A stretch of DNA of 64,000 nucleotides from Opitutia bacterium (GCA_947478395.1 CANJVR010000003.1:32001-96000), one strand, 5' to 3'. Counted from the first letter of the stretch, positions 10,019 to 19,914 are shown. Notes: generated by a model from the sequence alone, not told the origin. Translations and numbers: made by a program.

Positions 10019-10302
10019 GTTGGGATTTCCCCGCGACTACGCTGCGCGCACCGAGGGGTCGGTCGTTGAAACTGGGATCGCCCGGGGCCATCGCTCAAGA
10101 CTGAAGACTCCGAACAGTCTTATTGAGGGCCACGAATCGACCTCAACGGAGGGCTTTCCGGCGTGGCGCGACGAGCGCCGCGTTGAACCGAGAATTGCCA
10201 CGCCCGCCGAGGCGGGCTCGCCCTAACAATTTCGGACCCGGCTCGCAACTTGGCGGCTCGACAAAGTTTCCCGGCCTCGACTTAGGTTAAACTCCGGGTC
10301 TG

Positions 10303-10315
10303 CTGATCCGATCAG
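10303..10315. promoter_or_regulatory. Palindromic candidate operator CTGATC-C-GATCAG (GntR/FadR-like)
   Basis: Perfect 6-bp inverted repeat about 60 bp upstream of the FAH-dehydratase pair. Confidence 0.45.
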
Positions 10316-10377
10316 AAACAACCCTCCGACCCACTTTCGCTCTCTTCCTTCTCATCTCAACTCCACCCGTCCCACTC

Positions 10378-11205
10378 ATGATTCGCGTTTACTCTGATTC
10401 CAACGGTCTCGTCTTCGAACAAGCCGGCATTTTCAAGCGCCCCGCCTCACCGGTTGCGCTCGACGATCTTTTCAGGGCCGAAGATCCCGTCGCGCTCGCC
10501 CAGCACGCGTGGACTTCCGGCACAGCCGCCACGCTGCCGGCGAAACCCAACGCTCCCATCGGCACCCAAGAGGTTTGGGCCGCGGGTGTCACTTACCTGC
10601 GCAGCCGCACCGCGCGCATGGAGGAATCGAAGGATGCCGGCGGTGGTACATTCTACGATCTCGTCTACAACGCCGTGCGCCCGGAAATCTTTTTCAAGGC
10701 CACGCCGGCCCGCGTGGCTGCCCCCGGCACCACCGTCCGCATCCGCAGCGATTCGAAATGGAATGTCCCCGAGCCCGAGCTTACCCTCGCGCTCAACCGC
10801 CAGGGGCGTATCTTCGGCTATACGATCGGCAACGACATGAGCTCGCGCGATATCGAGGGCGAAAATCCGCTCTATTTGCCGCAGGCGAAATGCTACGACC
10901 GCTCCGCCGCCCTCGGCCCGTGTCTCTATCTCACGCGCGATCCGCTCCCGCCGACGACCGCGATTGCGATCGAAATCCGCCGCGGCAGCGCCGCGATTTT
11001 CAACGGCAGCACGACCATCAGCCAGATCAAGCGACCGTTCACCGAACTCGCCGAGTTCCTCTTTCGCGATAACGCGTTTCCCCAAGGCGCGTTTTTGATG
11101 ACCGGCACCGGCATCGTGCCTGACGACAGCTTTACCCTCCACCACGGCGACGAGATCCGGATCACCATTGAGCCCATCGGGACGTTGGTGAACACCGTCG
11201 CCTAA
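10378..11205 (+). CDS. Fumarylacetoacetate hydrolase family protein (2-keto-3-deoxy-xylonate dehydratase XylX-like)
   Basis: QEVWAAGVTYLRS, RPEIFFK, NVPEPEL, GNDMSSRDIEGENPLYLPQAK, MTGTG. Confidence 0.88.
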   Translation: MIRVYSDSNGLVFEQAGIFKRPASPVALDDLFRAEDPVALAQHAWTSGTAATLPAKPNAPIGTQEVWAAGVTYLRSRTARMEESKDAGGGTFYDLVYNAVRPEIFFKATPARVAAPGTTVRIRSDSKWNVPEPELTLALNRQGRIFGYTIGNDMSSRDIEGENPLYLPQAKCYDRSAALGPCLYLTRDPLPPTTAIAIEIRRGSAAIFNGSTTISQIKRPFTELAEFLFRDNAFPQGAFLMTGTGIVPDDSFTLHHGDEIRITIEPIGTLVNTVA

Positions 11206-11260
11206 ATATAGCGGCACCAGCAACCGGTGCCGTTCTTGCGAACTGGGTTTGTTTGCTGTT

Positions 11261-11293
11261 TCTTCGCGTTCCCTTGCCTCCGTCGCGGTTAAA
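11261..11293. repeat. Degenerate short-unit intergenic repeat (CTTCGCGTTCCCTTGCCTCCGTCGCGGTTAAA)
   Basis: Its reverse complement starts AACCGCGA, like the tandem element at 26049. Confidence 0.35.
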
Positions 11294-11321
11294 TTGATTC
11301 CGCGCTCCGTCCCCCAATCCC

Positions 11322-13268
11322 ATGAGCAGCGATCCCATCTTAGATTCCGGTAACGACAGCATCTACACATTGCGCACCACGGCGCGCGGACCTGAGGGTT
11401 CACTGCCGCTCGACGCCGAACGCCTCCGGCAGATGTCGAGCGGCGATCTCTTCGGTTGGACCCAAAACGCCGGCATGGGCTGGTCGCCCGCCGCGATGCT
11501 CGGGAAACAATTCCTCATCCTCAGCACGCAGGGCGGCATCCGCGCGCCCGACGGCACGCCCATCGCCCTCGGCTACCACACGGGTCACTGGGAAGTCGGA
11601 CTGCTCATGGAAGAAGCGGCGCGCGAATTCAAATCGGCCCGCGCGATTCCGTTCGCCGCGTACGTGAGCGATCCGTGCGACGGGCGCACCAACGGTACCG
11701 CCGGCATGCTCGATAGCCTGCCGTATCGCAACGACGCGGCCATCGTGCTGCGCCGGTTGATCCGTTCGCTACCCACGCGCCGCGGCGTGCTGGGCATTGC
11801 GACCTGCGACAAAGGTTTACCCGCCATGCTGCTCGCGCTCGCCGGCACGCCCGATCTTCCGTCGGTGCTCGTGCCCGGCGGCGTGACCTTGCTGGCCGAG
11901 GAAGCCGAAGACACGGGTAAAGTGCAGACGCTCGCCACGCGTTTCGCCCGCGACGAAATCACGCTCGAACACGCCGCCGAAATGGGCTGCCGCGCCTGCG
12001 GTTCGCCCGGCGGCGGATGCCAGTTCATGGGCACGGCCGCGACGAGCCAGGTCGTCGCCGAAGCCCTCGGCCTCGCTCTGCCGCACAGCGCGCTATCGCC
12101 GTCGGGCGCAGAAATCTGGCGCGATCTCGCGCGGCGTTCCGCCCGCGCGCTGCTGGCCCTCGATCTCGCCGGCACGACCACGCGCGATCTGCTTTCCGAC
12201 GATTCTATTCACAACGCAATGGTCACGCACGCGGCATTCGGTGGCTCGACCAATCTCGTGCTCCACATCCCGGCATTCGCGCACGCGGCCGGATTACGCC
12301 AGCCCACCGTCGACGATTGGGCACGCATCAACCGCCTGGTACCGCGCCTCGTCGACTCGTTGCCCAACGGCCCGAAGCACTATGCCACCGTGCAGGTATT
12401 CCTCGCCGGCGGCGTGCCCGAGGCGATGTTGCACCTGCGCGATCTCGGGCTGCTGAAACTCGACGCGCGCACCGTGACCGGTCGCACGCTCGGCGAAAAT
12501 CTCACATGGTGGGAAACCAGCGAACGCCGCCAACGCCTGCGCGAAAAACTCCGCGCGCTCGATGGCATCGATCCGGACAACGTCATCATGTCCCGCGCCC
12601 GCGCCCAGGAACGCGGCCTCACCAGCACGATCACTTTTCTCCGCGGCAATCTCGCGCCCGAGGGCGCACTCGTAAAGAGCACCGCCATCGCCCCGCAGGT
12701 GATCGACGCCGACGGCGTGTTTCTCCACGAAGGCCCGGCCCGCGTGTTCGCGAGCGAGGGTCATGCGATCGCGGCGGTGAAGGCCGGCAGCGTGAAGCCC
12801 GGTGACGTCATGGTGCTCATCGGCATCGGTCCCGGTTGCGGCATGCCTGAAACGTATCAGATTACATCCGCATTGAAGCACGTGAAGGATGGCCAACGCA
12901 TCGCGTTGATCACCGACGGCCGGTTCTCCGGCGTGTCCACGGGCGCGTGCGTCGGACACGTCAGTCCTGAAGCTTGGGCCGGCGGACCGATCGGCCGTGT
13001 GCGCGATGGCGACCTTATCCGTCTCCGAGTCGACACGCGTAAACTCGAGGGCTCAGTCGACGTAGTTTCCCTCACGCCCGAAGAACTGGCCGCGCGCACG
13101 CCGCATCCGAATTTGAAAGTCGATCCGCGCGTGCCGTCCGACACGCGTCTTTGGGCCGCGCTTCAAAACGCGAGCGGCGGCAGCTGGGCTGGCTGCGTGT
13201 ACGACGCCGCGCGCATCGAGCATCTGCTCACGCTCGGCCTCGCCGCTGAAACGGCGGCGAAAAAGTAG
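11322..13268 (+). CDS. YjhG/YagF-family D-xylonate dehydratase (IlvD/Edd superfamily)
   Basis: [54 protein letters not shown]. Confidence 0.92.
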   Translation: MSSDPILDSGNDSIYTLRTTARGPEGSLPLDAERLRQMSSGDLFGWTQNAGMGWSPAAMLGKQFLILSTQGGIRAPDGTPIALGYHTGHWEVGLLMEEAAREFKSARAIPFAAYVSDPCDGRTNGTAGMLDSLPYRNDAAIVLRRLIRSLPTRRGVLGIATCDKGLPAMLLALAGTPDLPSVLVPGGVTLLAEEAEDTGKVQTLATRFARDEITLEHAAEMGCRACGSPGGGCQFMGTAATSQVVAEALGLALPHSALSPSGAEIWRDLARRSARALLALDLAGTTTRDLLSDDSIHNAMVTHAAFGGSTNLVLHIPAFAHAAGLRQPTVDDWARINRLVPRLVDSLPNGPKHYATVQVFLAGGVPEAMLHLRDLGLLKLDARTVTGRTLGENLTWWETSERRQRLREKLRALDGIDPDNVIMSRARAQERGLTSTITFLRGNLAPEGALVKSTAIAPQVIDADGVFLHEGPARVFASEGHAIAAVKAGSVKPGDVMVLIGIGPGCGMPETYQITSALKHVKDGQRIALITDGRFSGVSTGACVGHVSPEAWAGGPIGRVRDGDLIRLRVDTRKLEGSVDVVSLTPEELAARTPHPNLKVDPRVPSDTRLWAALQNASGGSWAGCVYDAARIEHLLTLGLAAETAAKK

Positions 13269-13339
13269 CGTGGTGCTTCAGCCCGCGTTTTGAAATACAC
13301 CGCCTGCATCCCGGAACGCGGGCTGCAGAATCGCGCCAC
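13265..13339. repeat. REP-like family C copy whose GTAG supplies the dehydratase TAG stop
   Basis: GTAGCGTGGTGCTTCAGCCCGCGTT…AACGCGGGCTGCAGAATCGCGCCAC. Confidence 0.7.
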
Positions 13340-13463
13340 CTCGGACATCGCCGATCAGGAACTTGCCCCGACGCACACGGAGCAAACAGAGACGCGGTCT
13401 TGCTCCATCCGCTCGGTTTTCTCACGAGAAATCATCCAGCGCGCAGCGACCTTTCCGCGCACG

Positions 13464-14513
13464 CTAAGCGAATAGCGTGCGTTCCAAAAACCAGTAAAGC
13501 CCTGCCGCCACGACCAGCGCCGAGAGGGCAGGCACGCCGCGACGCACGAAGGCGTCGTTGCTTCTCAGGCGCCAAATGATCGGCAGCGTCACGGCGGCGA
13601 TCGCAACCTGGCCGATCTCCACGCCAAGATTAAACGTGAACAACGGCATCAGCAATCCGCCTCCGCCCTGCCCTACGCCGAGTTCGCGCAACACACTCGC
13701 AAAGCCAAAACCGTGAATCAGTCCGAATAAAAATGTGAGCGCCCAGCGCCCCTTCGGCTCCGCGCCTCGCCGCACGAGATTCTCCAACCCGACGAAGACG
13801 ATCGAGGCCGCGATCATCGGTTCGACGAAACGGCTGGAAACGCTGACGACCTTGAGGGTCGCCAGCGCAAGCGTCAGCGAATGCGCGAGCGTGAAACACG
13901 AAATGATGGCGACGATCGATTTGAACCGCGCGCACACGATCAGCAGGCCGAAGAGAAACAACAGATGATCATAGCCCGTCCAGATGTGCTCGATGCCCAG
14001 TTTCACGAACGCCACGGCGGTTGTCGGTTCCTCAACCTTTGTTTCAACATCGCTCGCCACAGGCCTGAGATCGAACTTCACCGTCGGCTCGCGCGCCGTC
14101 AAAAGTCGCTGCGCCAACGCGGGCCCGCCATCGACCTCGACGGTCACAAACTGCCGGTGCCCAGGCGGAAGATCATTCAGCCGCAGCGCGCGTAACTCGC
14201 CCTCGCCGCCGTTTGTCGGACGCAAATAAGTCAGCTCAAACTGGATTTCTTTTTCCGGCGTGATCTTCGTCGTCGTGCTCTGCGGCGTCAGCACCGCAGC
14301 GGCGACGCGCAGTTCAAACAGTCCGCGGATCCACTCCGCCGGCGCCGCTGCGGGTGGCTTCAACGTCCGCAAATCCGGCGGAGCGAACGTCACATCGACC
14401 ACAATTAACTCCGGCCGCACGCTTGCGTGCGCTGTGCTCAAGCCCGGATCGTGGGCGCTTAAATTCACGCCCAAACCGAGGTAAATCACAAACGCGAGCG
14501 CGCGGCCGAGCAT
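13464..14513 (-). CDS. HupE/UreJ family protein (putative Ni/Co transporter) with N-terminal soluble domain
   Basis: Signal peptide ending …SAHDPG; GIEHIWTGYDHLLF, FTLAHSLTL, FGLIHGFGFA, FNLGVEIGQ. Confidence 0.9.
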   Translation of the reverse strand: MLGRALAFVIYLGLGVNLSAHDPGLSTAHASVRPELIVVDVTFAPPDLRTLKPPAAAPAEWIRGLFELRVAAAVLTPQSTTTKITPEKEIQFELTYLRPTNGGEGELRALRLNDLPPGHRQFVTVEVDGGPALAQRLLTAREPTVKFDLRPVASDVETKVEEPTTAVAFVKLGIEHIWTGYDHLLFLFGLLIVCARFKSIVAIISCFTLAHSLTLALATLKVVSVSSRFVEPMIAASIVFVGLENLVRRGAEPKGRWALTFLFGLIHGFGFASVLRELGVGQGGGGLLMPLFTFNLGVEIGQVAIAAVTLPIIWRLRSNDAFVRRGVPALSALVVAAGLYWFLERTLFA

Positions 14514-14673
14514 GTTAAGAGCGTGCGGCCCGATGCCTCGGAAGCGAGCCCGCTTCAACGTTTCAGGCGCCAGCCATTTCAGTTTGCCAGCGTGGCCACG
14601 GCGTCACGGTGAGTGCAACGGACGGGGTGCCGCCACTCGGGCCGGCGATGTCGGCGTGCTTCCCGTCCCGCCC

Positions 14674-14758
14674 GAACCTCGAAAACGCCGACGTGTCGCG
14701 CCGCGCGACGGCGAGCAAAAGCGCAACATCGTGGGACTCCCGGCGCGGCGGGTTTCAT
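14674..14758 (-). pseudogene. Possible remnant of an ECF sigma-factor N-terminus
   Basis: Minus frame reads ESHDVALLLAVARRDTSAFSRF; the ATG at 14758 is one base out of frame. Confidence 0.3.
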
Positions 14759-14843
14759 TCAAGCGGATTCCTGAACCAGCGAACGAGCGGAGAGAACGGG
14801 CAACCGATTATTCTTAAAGTGCGTTCGAGACGGATCGCCCGGA

Positions 14844-14934
14844 GGTAGGGCGGGTTATCCCTAACCCGCCGCTGCGACTCGGCTCACCAAGAGAGCGACG
14901 CCCAACCGGCGCGTTAGGGATAACGCGCCCTACC
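14844..14934. repeat. REP-like family B, intergenic copy directly downstream of ftsY
   Basis: GGTAGGGCGGGTTATCCCTAACCCGCCG…CGGCGCGTTAGGGATAACGCGCCCTACC. Confidence 0.9.
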
Positions 14935-14945
14935 CTCTCGTCCCC

Positions 14946-15917
14946 TCATCCCTCCAGGCCAAAAACCGCGCGCGCGTAATTCTCGGCGCTGAAAGGTTGG
15001 AGGTCTTCCTTTTGCTCGCCGAGTCCGACAAAATAAATGGGTAGTTTGAGTTCGCGCCAGATTCCGACGATCGCGCCGCCCCGACTGGTGCCATCCAGCT
15101 TGGTGATGACCAGGCCGGTGAGCCCGAAATTTTTATGGAAAACCTTGGCCTGCTCAATCGAGTTACTGCCGAGTGATCCGTCGACCACCAGCCAGGCATG
15201 ATGCGGCGCGGACGGATCGAGCTTCTGCAAGACGCGCCGGATTTTCGCGAGCTCCTCCATGAGGTTGCTCTTCGTGTGCAACCGGCCGGCCGTGTCGACG
15301 ATCAGGAAATCGCGGCCGCGACTCTGCGCCGCTTGCAACGCATCGAACGCAACGGCTGCGGAATCAGCCCCGGTGTGGCTGGCGACAATCTCAAGGTCGA
15401 GCCGCTGCGCCCAAGTCTTGAGTTGCTCAACGGCCGCGGCGCGAAAGGTGTCACACGCGGCGACGACCACGGATTTCCCCTCCTGTTTAAGTTTCCACGC
15501 GAGTTTCGCGGTGGTGGTGGTTTTGCCCGAGCCATTCACGCCGATCATGACGATCACGGTCGGGCCGGGTGCGCGGACGCCTACGTCCGCTTTCGCCATG
15601 GCGGCCGAGGCCGGCCGCGCTCCTGGGACGGCTAAATCGCCTTCGCTGCCGACGAGCACCCGCTGCAGCACCGCGGCGCCGATCGCAGCGGCCTGCTGCC
15701 CCACGAGCGAAGCATCTTTTTTGTAAGCCGCCTTGATCTCGCCGAGAATTTCTCCGGTTGTCTCGACGCCGAAGTCAGCGGTGTAGAGCGCTTCCTCGAG
15801 TTCATCGAGCGAGGCCGCATCGATTTTACGTCCACCGAAAAGCCCGCGCGTCTTCGCGCCGATCGCCGCCACGGTCTTGGCGAAGCCGTCTTTGAATTTT
15901 TTGAAAAGACCAAACAT
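14946..15917 (-). CDS. ftsY: Signal recognition particle receptor FtsY
   Basis: GVNGSGKTTT, DTFRAAA, DTAGR, TKLDG, GLGE…DLQPF. Confidence 0.97.
   Translation of the reverse strand: MFGLFKKFKDGFAKTVAAIGAKTRGLFGGRKIDAASLDELEEALYTADFGVETTGEILGEIKAAYKKDASLVGQQAAAIGAAVLQRVLVGSEGDLAVPGARPASAAMAKADVGVRAPGPTVIVMIGVNGSGKTTTTAKLAWKLKQEGKSVVVAACDTFRAAAVEQLKTWAQRLDLEIVASHTGADSAAVAFDALQAAQSRGRDFLIVDTAGRLHTKSNLMEELAKIRRVLQKLDPSAPHHAWLVVDGSLGSNSIEQAKVFHKNFGLTGLVITKLDGTSRGGAIVGIWRELKLPIYFVGLGEQKEDLQPFSAENYARAVFGLEG
15565..15626 (-). repeat. REP-like family A copy inserted in frame in ftsY
   Basis: CCAGGAGCGCGGCCGGCCTCGGCCGC…GCGGACGTAGGCGTCCGCGCACCCGG encodes PGARPASAAMAKADVGVRAPG just before the G-domain. 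Confidence 0.85.
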
Positions 15918-16012
15918 GCCCGAAGTGATGAGTGGCTGGGGAGGAGTGACAAGTCTGAGCCAGACTCCGCTTGCGCAGCCTTTGTCGCTTTCCCCTCGTC
16001 ACTCCATACCCG

Positions 16013-16465
16013 CTACTCCGTCGTCGCCTTGCGCGCGTCGCGGCCGAGCTGATCCTTCAGGCGGTCGAGGATGCCGTTGATAAAGCGCTTGGCGTCGAGA
16101 TTGGAAAATTGCTTTGAGAGATCGATCGCCTCGTTGATCGAAACCACCGGCGGGATGTCCTTGCGGTATTTCATTTCAAAAATTGCGAGCCGCAGGATCG
16201 CGAGGTCGATCTTGGCAATGCGCTCGAACTCCCAGTTGTGCGCGAGGGATCGGATGTGCGCATCGATCTCGGTCAGATTGAGCAACACGCCCTGGATTAT
16301 TTCCTCCGCGTAGGCGTAGTGCGTGCGCGGTTGCTCGAAATTTTCGAAGAACACGCCCAGGTCCTCGGCGAGATTCTTCGGCTCGTTCATGCTCCACGCA
16401 TAGAGATATTGCAGGGCGGCGGCGCGACCTTCGTGGCGCTGCGCAAAAATAACCTTGTTACTCAT
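16013..16465 (-). CDS. nusB: Transcription antitermination factor NusB
   Basis: RAAALQYLY, DLAILRLAIFE, VSINEAIDLSK, FINGILD. Confidence 0.96.
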   Translation of the reverse strand: MSNKVIFAQRHEGRAAALQYLYAWSMNEPKNLAEDLGVFFENFEQPRTHYAYAEEIIQGVLLNLTEIDAHIRSLAHNWEFERIAKIDLAILRLAIFEMKYRKDIPPVVSINEAIDLSKQFSNLDAKRFINGILDRLKDQLGRDARKATTE

Positions 16466-16935
16466 CGGGAATCGCTCCGTTTCAGCGCGGCCATCTCCAG
16501 CGCGGCGCGGGCAAACTCGACCCCGCGGTTGATCGGCCCGAGGCAGCGCGCCTCAGCCTGCGCGCGGGTGTTGGTCACGATCACGCCATTAATCACGGGC
16601 CGGCGCGCGGTGAGACTGACGTGCTGCAGCGCGTGGGATACGCTATGGCCTACCATCTCATGGTGATTCGTGTCACCGCCGATCAGCACGCCGAGCGCGA
16701 TGAGACAATCGTGTTTCCCCCGGTCCGCCAGAAGTTGGATCGCGTAAGGCACTTCATGGGAGCCCGGAACGCGCACGACTTCGACGTGGGCGTCGGGCAC
16801 TCCGTTTTGCCTCAGGGTCGCGCGCAGACTTGCCAATAAACCTTCGACGAGCTCCGCGTTGAAGCGGGCCGCGGCGATCCCAAACGCGAATTTGGAACCA
16901 TCAACGGGAGCGGGCGCGGGTGCGTCGAGACTCAT
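16462..16935 (-). CDS. ribH: 6,7-dimethyl-8-ribityllumazine synthase
   Basis: ARFN, VPGSHEVP, ALGVLIGGDTNH; ribH-nusB adjacency. Confidence 0.95.
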   Translation of the reverse strand: MSLDAPAPAPVDGSKFAFGIAAARFNAELVEGLLASLRATLRQNGVPDAHVEVVRVPGSHEVPYAIQLLADRGKHDCLIALGVLIGGDTNHHEMVGHSVSHALQHVSLTARRPVINGVIVTNTRAQAEARCLGPINRGVEFARAALEMAALKRSDSR

Positions 16936-17019
16936 GGAAGGGTCACGAAACAGCCGGCCCCAGTGCGGCGCAACCTGAAATCTGCCGCAGAAATTTTTCG
17001 GCGGTTCCGCCTCCGATTT

Positions 17020-17096
17020 GTCGGAGCCGGCTTAGGGGTAATTCGGAACGCCGGCCAGCCGGCACGAACCGGAATCGCTCGGCCGCGGGCTCCTAC
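17020..17096. repeat. REP-like family E (GTAGGAGC-type), degenerate
   Basis: GTCGGAGCCGGCTT…ATCGCTCGGCCGCGGGCTCCTAC; related to 36834 and about 62587. Confidence 0.5.
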
Positions 17097-17158
17097 GTCT
17101 TGATCGAGCCGAATCAATTTGCCTCCCATGCCGACCTCGCGCGCAAAGTAAGCGCGCG

Positions 17159-18154
17159 ATGCCCCACCAGCCTGCTCCCCAACGTTACGCGAACCCCGCC
17201 CTCTACCGTCGTTGCGGTCGCAGCGGTCTCCAGCTTCCGCTGCTCTCGCTGGGGCTCTGGCACAATTTCGGCGGCGTGGACGACTTCGCCACCAGCCGCG
17301 CCCTCATCCTGCGTTCGTTCGATCTCGGCATCACTCACTTCGATCTCGCCAATAATTATGGCCCGCCGCCGGGCTCCGCCGAAACGACCTTCGGGAAAAT
17401 TCTGCGCGAGGACCTCGCGGCGCATCGCGACGAACTCATCATCTCCACCAAAGCCGGCTATTTGATGTGGGACGGACCGTACGGTGAATGGGGCTCGCGG
17501 AAAAACCTGCTCGCCTCCCTCGATCAGTCGCTCGCGCGTATGGGTCTGCCATATGTGGATATTTTTTATTCGCACCGGCCCGATCCGGCCACACCGCTCG
17601 AGGAAACAATGGGCGCGCTCGCGCACGCCGTGCGTTCGGGCAAGGCACTCTACGCCGGGGTTTCGAATTACAACGCCGAGCAAACCGCCCGCGCGGCGCA
17701 AATCCTCCGCGACCTCGGCACGCCGTGCCTGATTCACCAGCCGAAATACCACCTTTTCGAACGCACGCCGGAGCGCGGTCTGCTCGACGTACTCACCCGC
17801 GAGGGCATCGGCGGTATCGCGTTTTGTCCGCTCGCGCAGGGCTTGCTCACCAACCGTTATCTCGCGGGCATCCCCGCCGACTCCCGCGCCGCGCACGATC
17901 CGCGTTTTCTAAAACCCGAGCACATCACCGAGGAGAAACTCGGAAAAATCCGCAAACTCGACGCGCTCGCCAAGGTTCGCGGCCAGTCCCTCGCCCAGAT
18001 GTCGCTCGCCTGGGTGTTGCGCCAACCCGCGATCACCTCGGCGCTCATCGGTGCGAGCAAGGTCAGCCAGATCGAAGAAAACGTCGCGGCGTTGAATAAT
18101 TTGACGTTCAACCCAGCGGAGCTGACGGCCATTGAAAGCATTCTGGCGGGCTGA
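17159..18154 (+). CDS. Aldo-keto reductase, YghZ/Gpr (L-glyceraldehyde-3-phosphate reductase) type
   Basis: LSLGLWHNFG, FDLANNYGPPPGSAE, ISTKAGY, YVDIFYSHR. Confidence 0.93.
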   Translation: MPHQPAPQRYANPALYRRCGRSGLQLPLLSLGLWHNFGGVDDFATSRALILRSFDLGITHFDLANNYGPPPGSAETTFGKILREDLAAHRDELIISTKAGYLMWDGPYGEWGSRKNLLASLDQSLARMGLPYVDIFYSHRPDPATPLEETMGALAHAVRSGKALYAGVSNYNAEQTARAAQILRDLGTPCLIHQPKYHLFERTPERGLLDVLTREGIGGIAFCPLAQGLLTNRYLAGIPADSRAAHDPRFLKPEHITEEKLGKIRKLDALAKVRGQSLAQMSLAWVLRQPAITSALIGASKVSQIEENVAALNNLTFNPAELTAIESILAG

Positions 18155-18201
18155 AATCGTCGCTCCGATTTTCACGCCCCGCGGCCAACGAAACCCAAAA
18201 C

Positions 18202-18960
18202 GTGAATCTCATCCTTTTCGAAGCCGCCGAAATCGCCGTGCCGCTGGCACGGACCGACGCACGGGCGATTCACATCCTTGAGGTTCTGCGGCGCCACGCG
18301 GGCGAGACCTTTGATGCCGGCCTCGTTGATGGTCCACTGGGCAAAGCCACGCTCGCCACCATCGCGCCGGATTCGCTGACGTTCACTTTCGCCTGGGGTC
18401 CGCCGCCGCCGCCGGCCGATCCCATCACGCTCATCATCGGATTGCCCCGTCCCCAAACCGCGCGCGACATCTTGCGCGACGCCACGACGCTCGGCGTCGC
18501 CGCGCTGGAGTTTGTCGCGACCGAGCGCAGCGACGCCAACTACGCCGCGAGCACGCTTTGGACCTCCGGCGAATGGCGCCGCCATTGTGTCGCGGGCGCG
18601 GCGCAAGCGTTTGCAACGCGCATTCCCAGCGTTGTCCCCGGGCGGTCGCTCGTCGCCGCGCTTAACTCCCTTCCGAGCGGCGGCACCCGACTGGCGCTCG
18701 ACAATTACGAAGCCAACGCCGCTCTGAGCGAGTGTAACGCATTACGCGCCACGCCCGTCGTGCTGGCGCTGGGGCCGGAGCGCGGTTGGGGCGCGACGGA
18801 TCGTGCGACGTTGCGGGCGCATGGCTTCACGCTCGTGAATCTGGGATCACGCGTCTTGCGCTGCGAGACCGCCGTGATCGCTGGCCTCACGTTAATCCGC
18901 GCTCAGCTGGGTTTGCTCCAAGGCGGATCGGTCAATCTGAAAAACGACACCGTCGGCTGA
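18202..18960 (+). CDS. rsmE: 16S rRNA m3U1498 methyltransferase RsmE
   Basis: LGPERGW and LGSRVLRCETA SPOUT motifs. Confidence 0.9.
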   Translation: MNLILFEAAEIAVPLARTDARAIHILEVLRRHAGETFDAGLVDGPLGKATLATIAPDSLTFTFAWGPPPPPADPITLIIGLPRPQTARDILRDATTLGVAALEFVATERSDANYAASTLWTSGEWRRHCVAGAAQAFATRIPSVVPGRSLVAALNSLPSGGTRLALDNYEANAALSECNALRATPVVLALGPERGWGATDRATLRAHGFTLVNLGSRVLRCETAVIAGLTLIRAQLGLLQGGSVNLKNDTVG

Positions 18961-19496
18961 CGCGCTCCTTTGCCGAGGCGCTTAAGCAAGGTCCAGCCGG
19001 CCGGCGCGAGTTCGATTTCTCCAGGCGCCTCGAAGACCACGAGCGCGTCGGGTTTTGCGGCCAGCCCCACGGCCAGCCGAGCGAAAAGCGCCGGAGCGAC
19101 CTCCGTGATAATTTCGTAAGGGGGATCGATGAAAACCAAATCGGGCACCTCGGCCGCGGGGCCCGCCAACGGGCCATGGCGCGCGTCGGTCTGGAGTACC
19201 GTCAGGCCGGCCGTTTCCCGGCCGAGGCTTTTGCAGACCGCCGCCAGGTTTTGGCGGACACACGCGGCGGCCTTGGCGTTTTGCTCCACAAATAGCCCGC
19301 CGGCTGCTCCGCGGCTCAGCGCCTCCAAACCATAGGCTCCGCTGCCAGCGAACAGATCGAGAAACCATGCGCCCACCACGCGCGCGCCGAGACTCGAAAA
19401 CACGGCCTGCCGCATCCCGTCCGTCGCCGGACGCACCTTGTCGCCTTTCGGCGCGACCAGCGGAATTCCGCGAGCGATGCCGCCGCTTATGCGCAT
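18903..19496 (-). CDS. rsmD: 16S rRNA m2G966 methyltransferase RsmD
   Basis: MRISGG, VRPATD, LDLFAGSGAYGLEALSRG, FIDPPY. Confidence 0.93.
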   Translation of the reverse strand: MRISGGIARGIPLVAPKGDKVRPATDGMRQAVFSSLGARVVGAWFLDLFAGSGAYGLEALSRGAAGGLFVEQNAKAAACVRQNLAAVCKSLGRETAGLTVLQTDARHGPLAGPAAEVPDLVFIDPPYEIITEVAPALFARLAVGLAAKPDALVVFEAPGEIELAPAGWTLLKRLGKGARQPTVSFFRLTDPPWSKPS

Positions 19497-19544
19497 GATT
19501 CGGAGTCGTTAGATAGCGGGCGTCTAAAAAGCAGCGTCCCGCCA

Positions 19545-19640
19545 GCAGGGCGGGTGGTCCGTATCCTTAACCCGCCGCCGCGTCTCGGCTCACCAAAAAA
19601 CGGCTGCTGACCCGGCGGGTAAAAGCTAACCCGCCCTGCC
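19545..19640. repeat. REP-like family B, degenerate copy
   Basis: GCAGGGCGGGT…TATCCTTAACCCGCC…GGCGGGTAAAAGCTAACCCGCCCTGC; shares spacer CTCGGCTCACCAA with the 14844 copy. Confidence 0.7.
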
Positions 19641-19896
19641 TGATTTAAACTCCCTGTGGGAAATTTCACGGCCCCCACCTAACCGGGCGGCCTAAGCGGT
19701 GTCATTCGCTTAATCCACGATCCCCAAAATTTCGGCGAGTAACTTTCCCGGCGCGCTCGGGTCAGGTTATGTAGCCGTGGGCACCGCAGCAGCCTAGCAG
19801 CAGTCCAATGGAACCCGAAGGCGGAATCCGGGATCGTTGGGGCAAAGTTTGCGCACTCATACACATAACATTTGCAGGTTTATGGTTTAGGCCCAC

Positions 19897-19914
19897 TAGT
19901 TAGGCACCTAACTA
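19897..19914. promoter_or_regulatory. Palindromic candidate operator TAGTTAGG-CA-CCTAACTA (MarR-like)
   Basis: Perfect 8-bp inverted repeat in the AT-rich region about 70 bp upstream of the MCE operon. Confidence 0.55.

Noticed and set aside
14560..14830. Cobalamin or nickel riboswitch upstream of the HupE/UreJ gene
   Set aside because: Conserved riboswitch boxes not found on the coding strand
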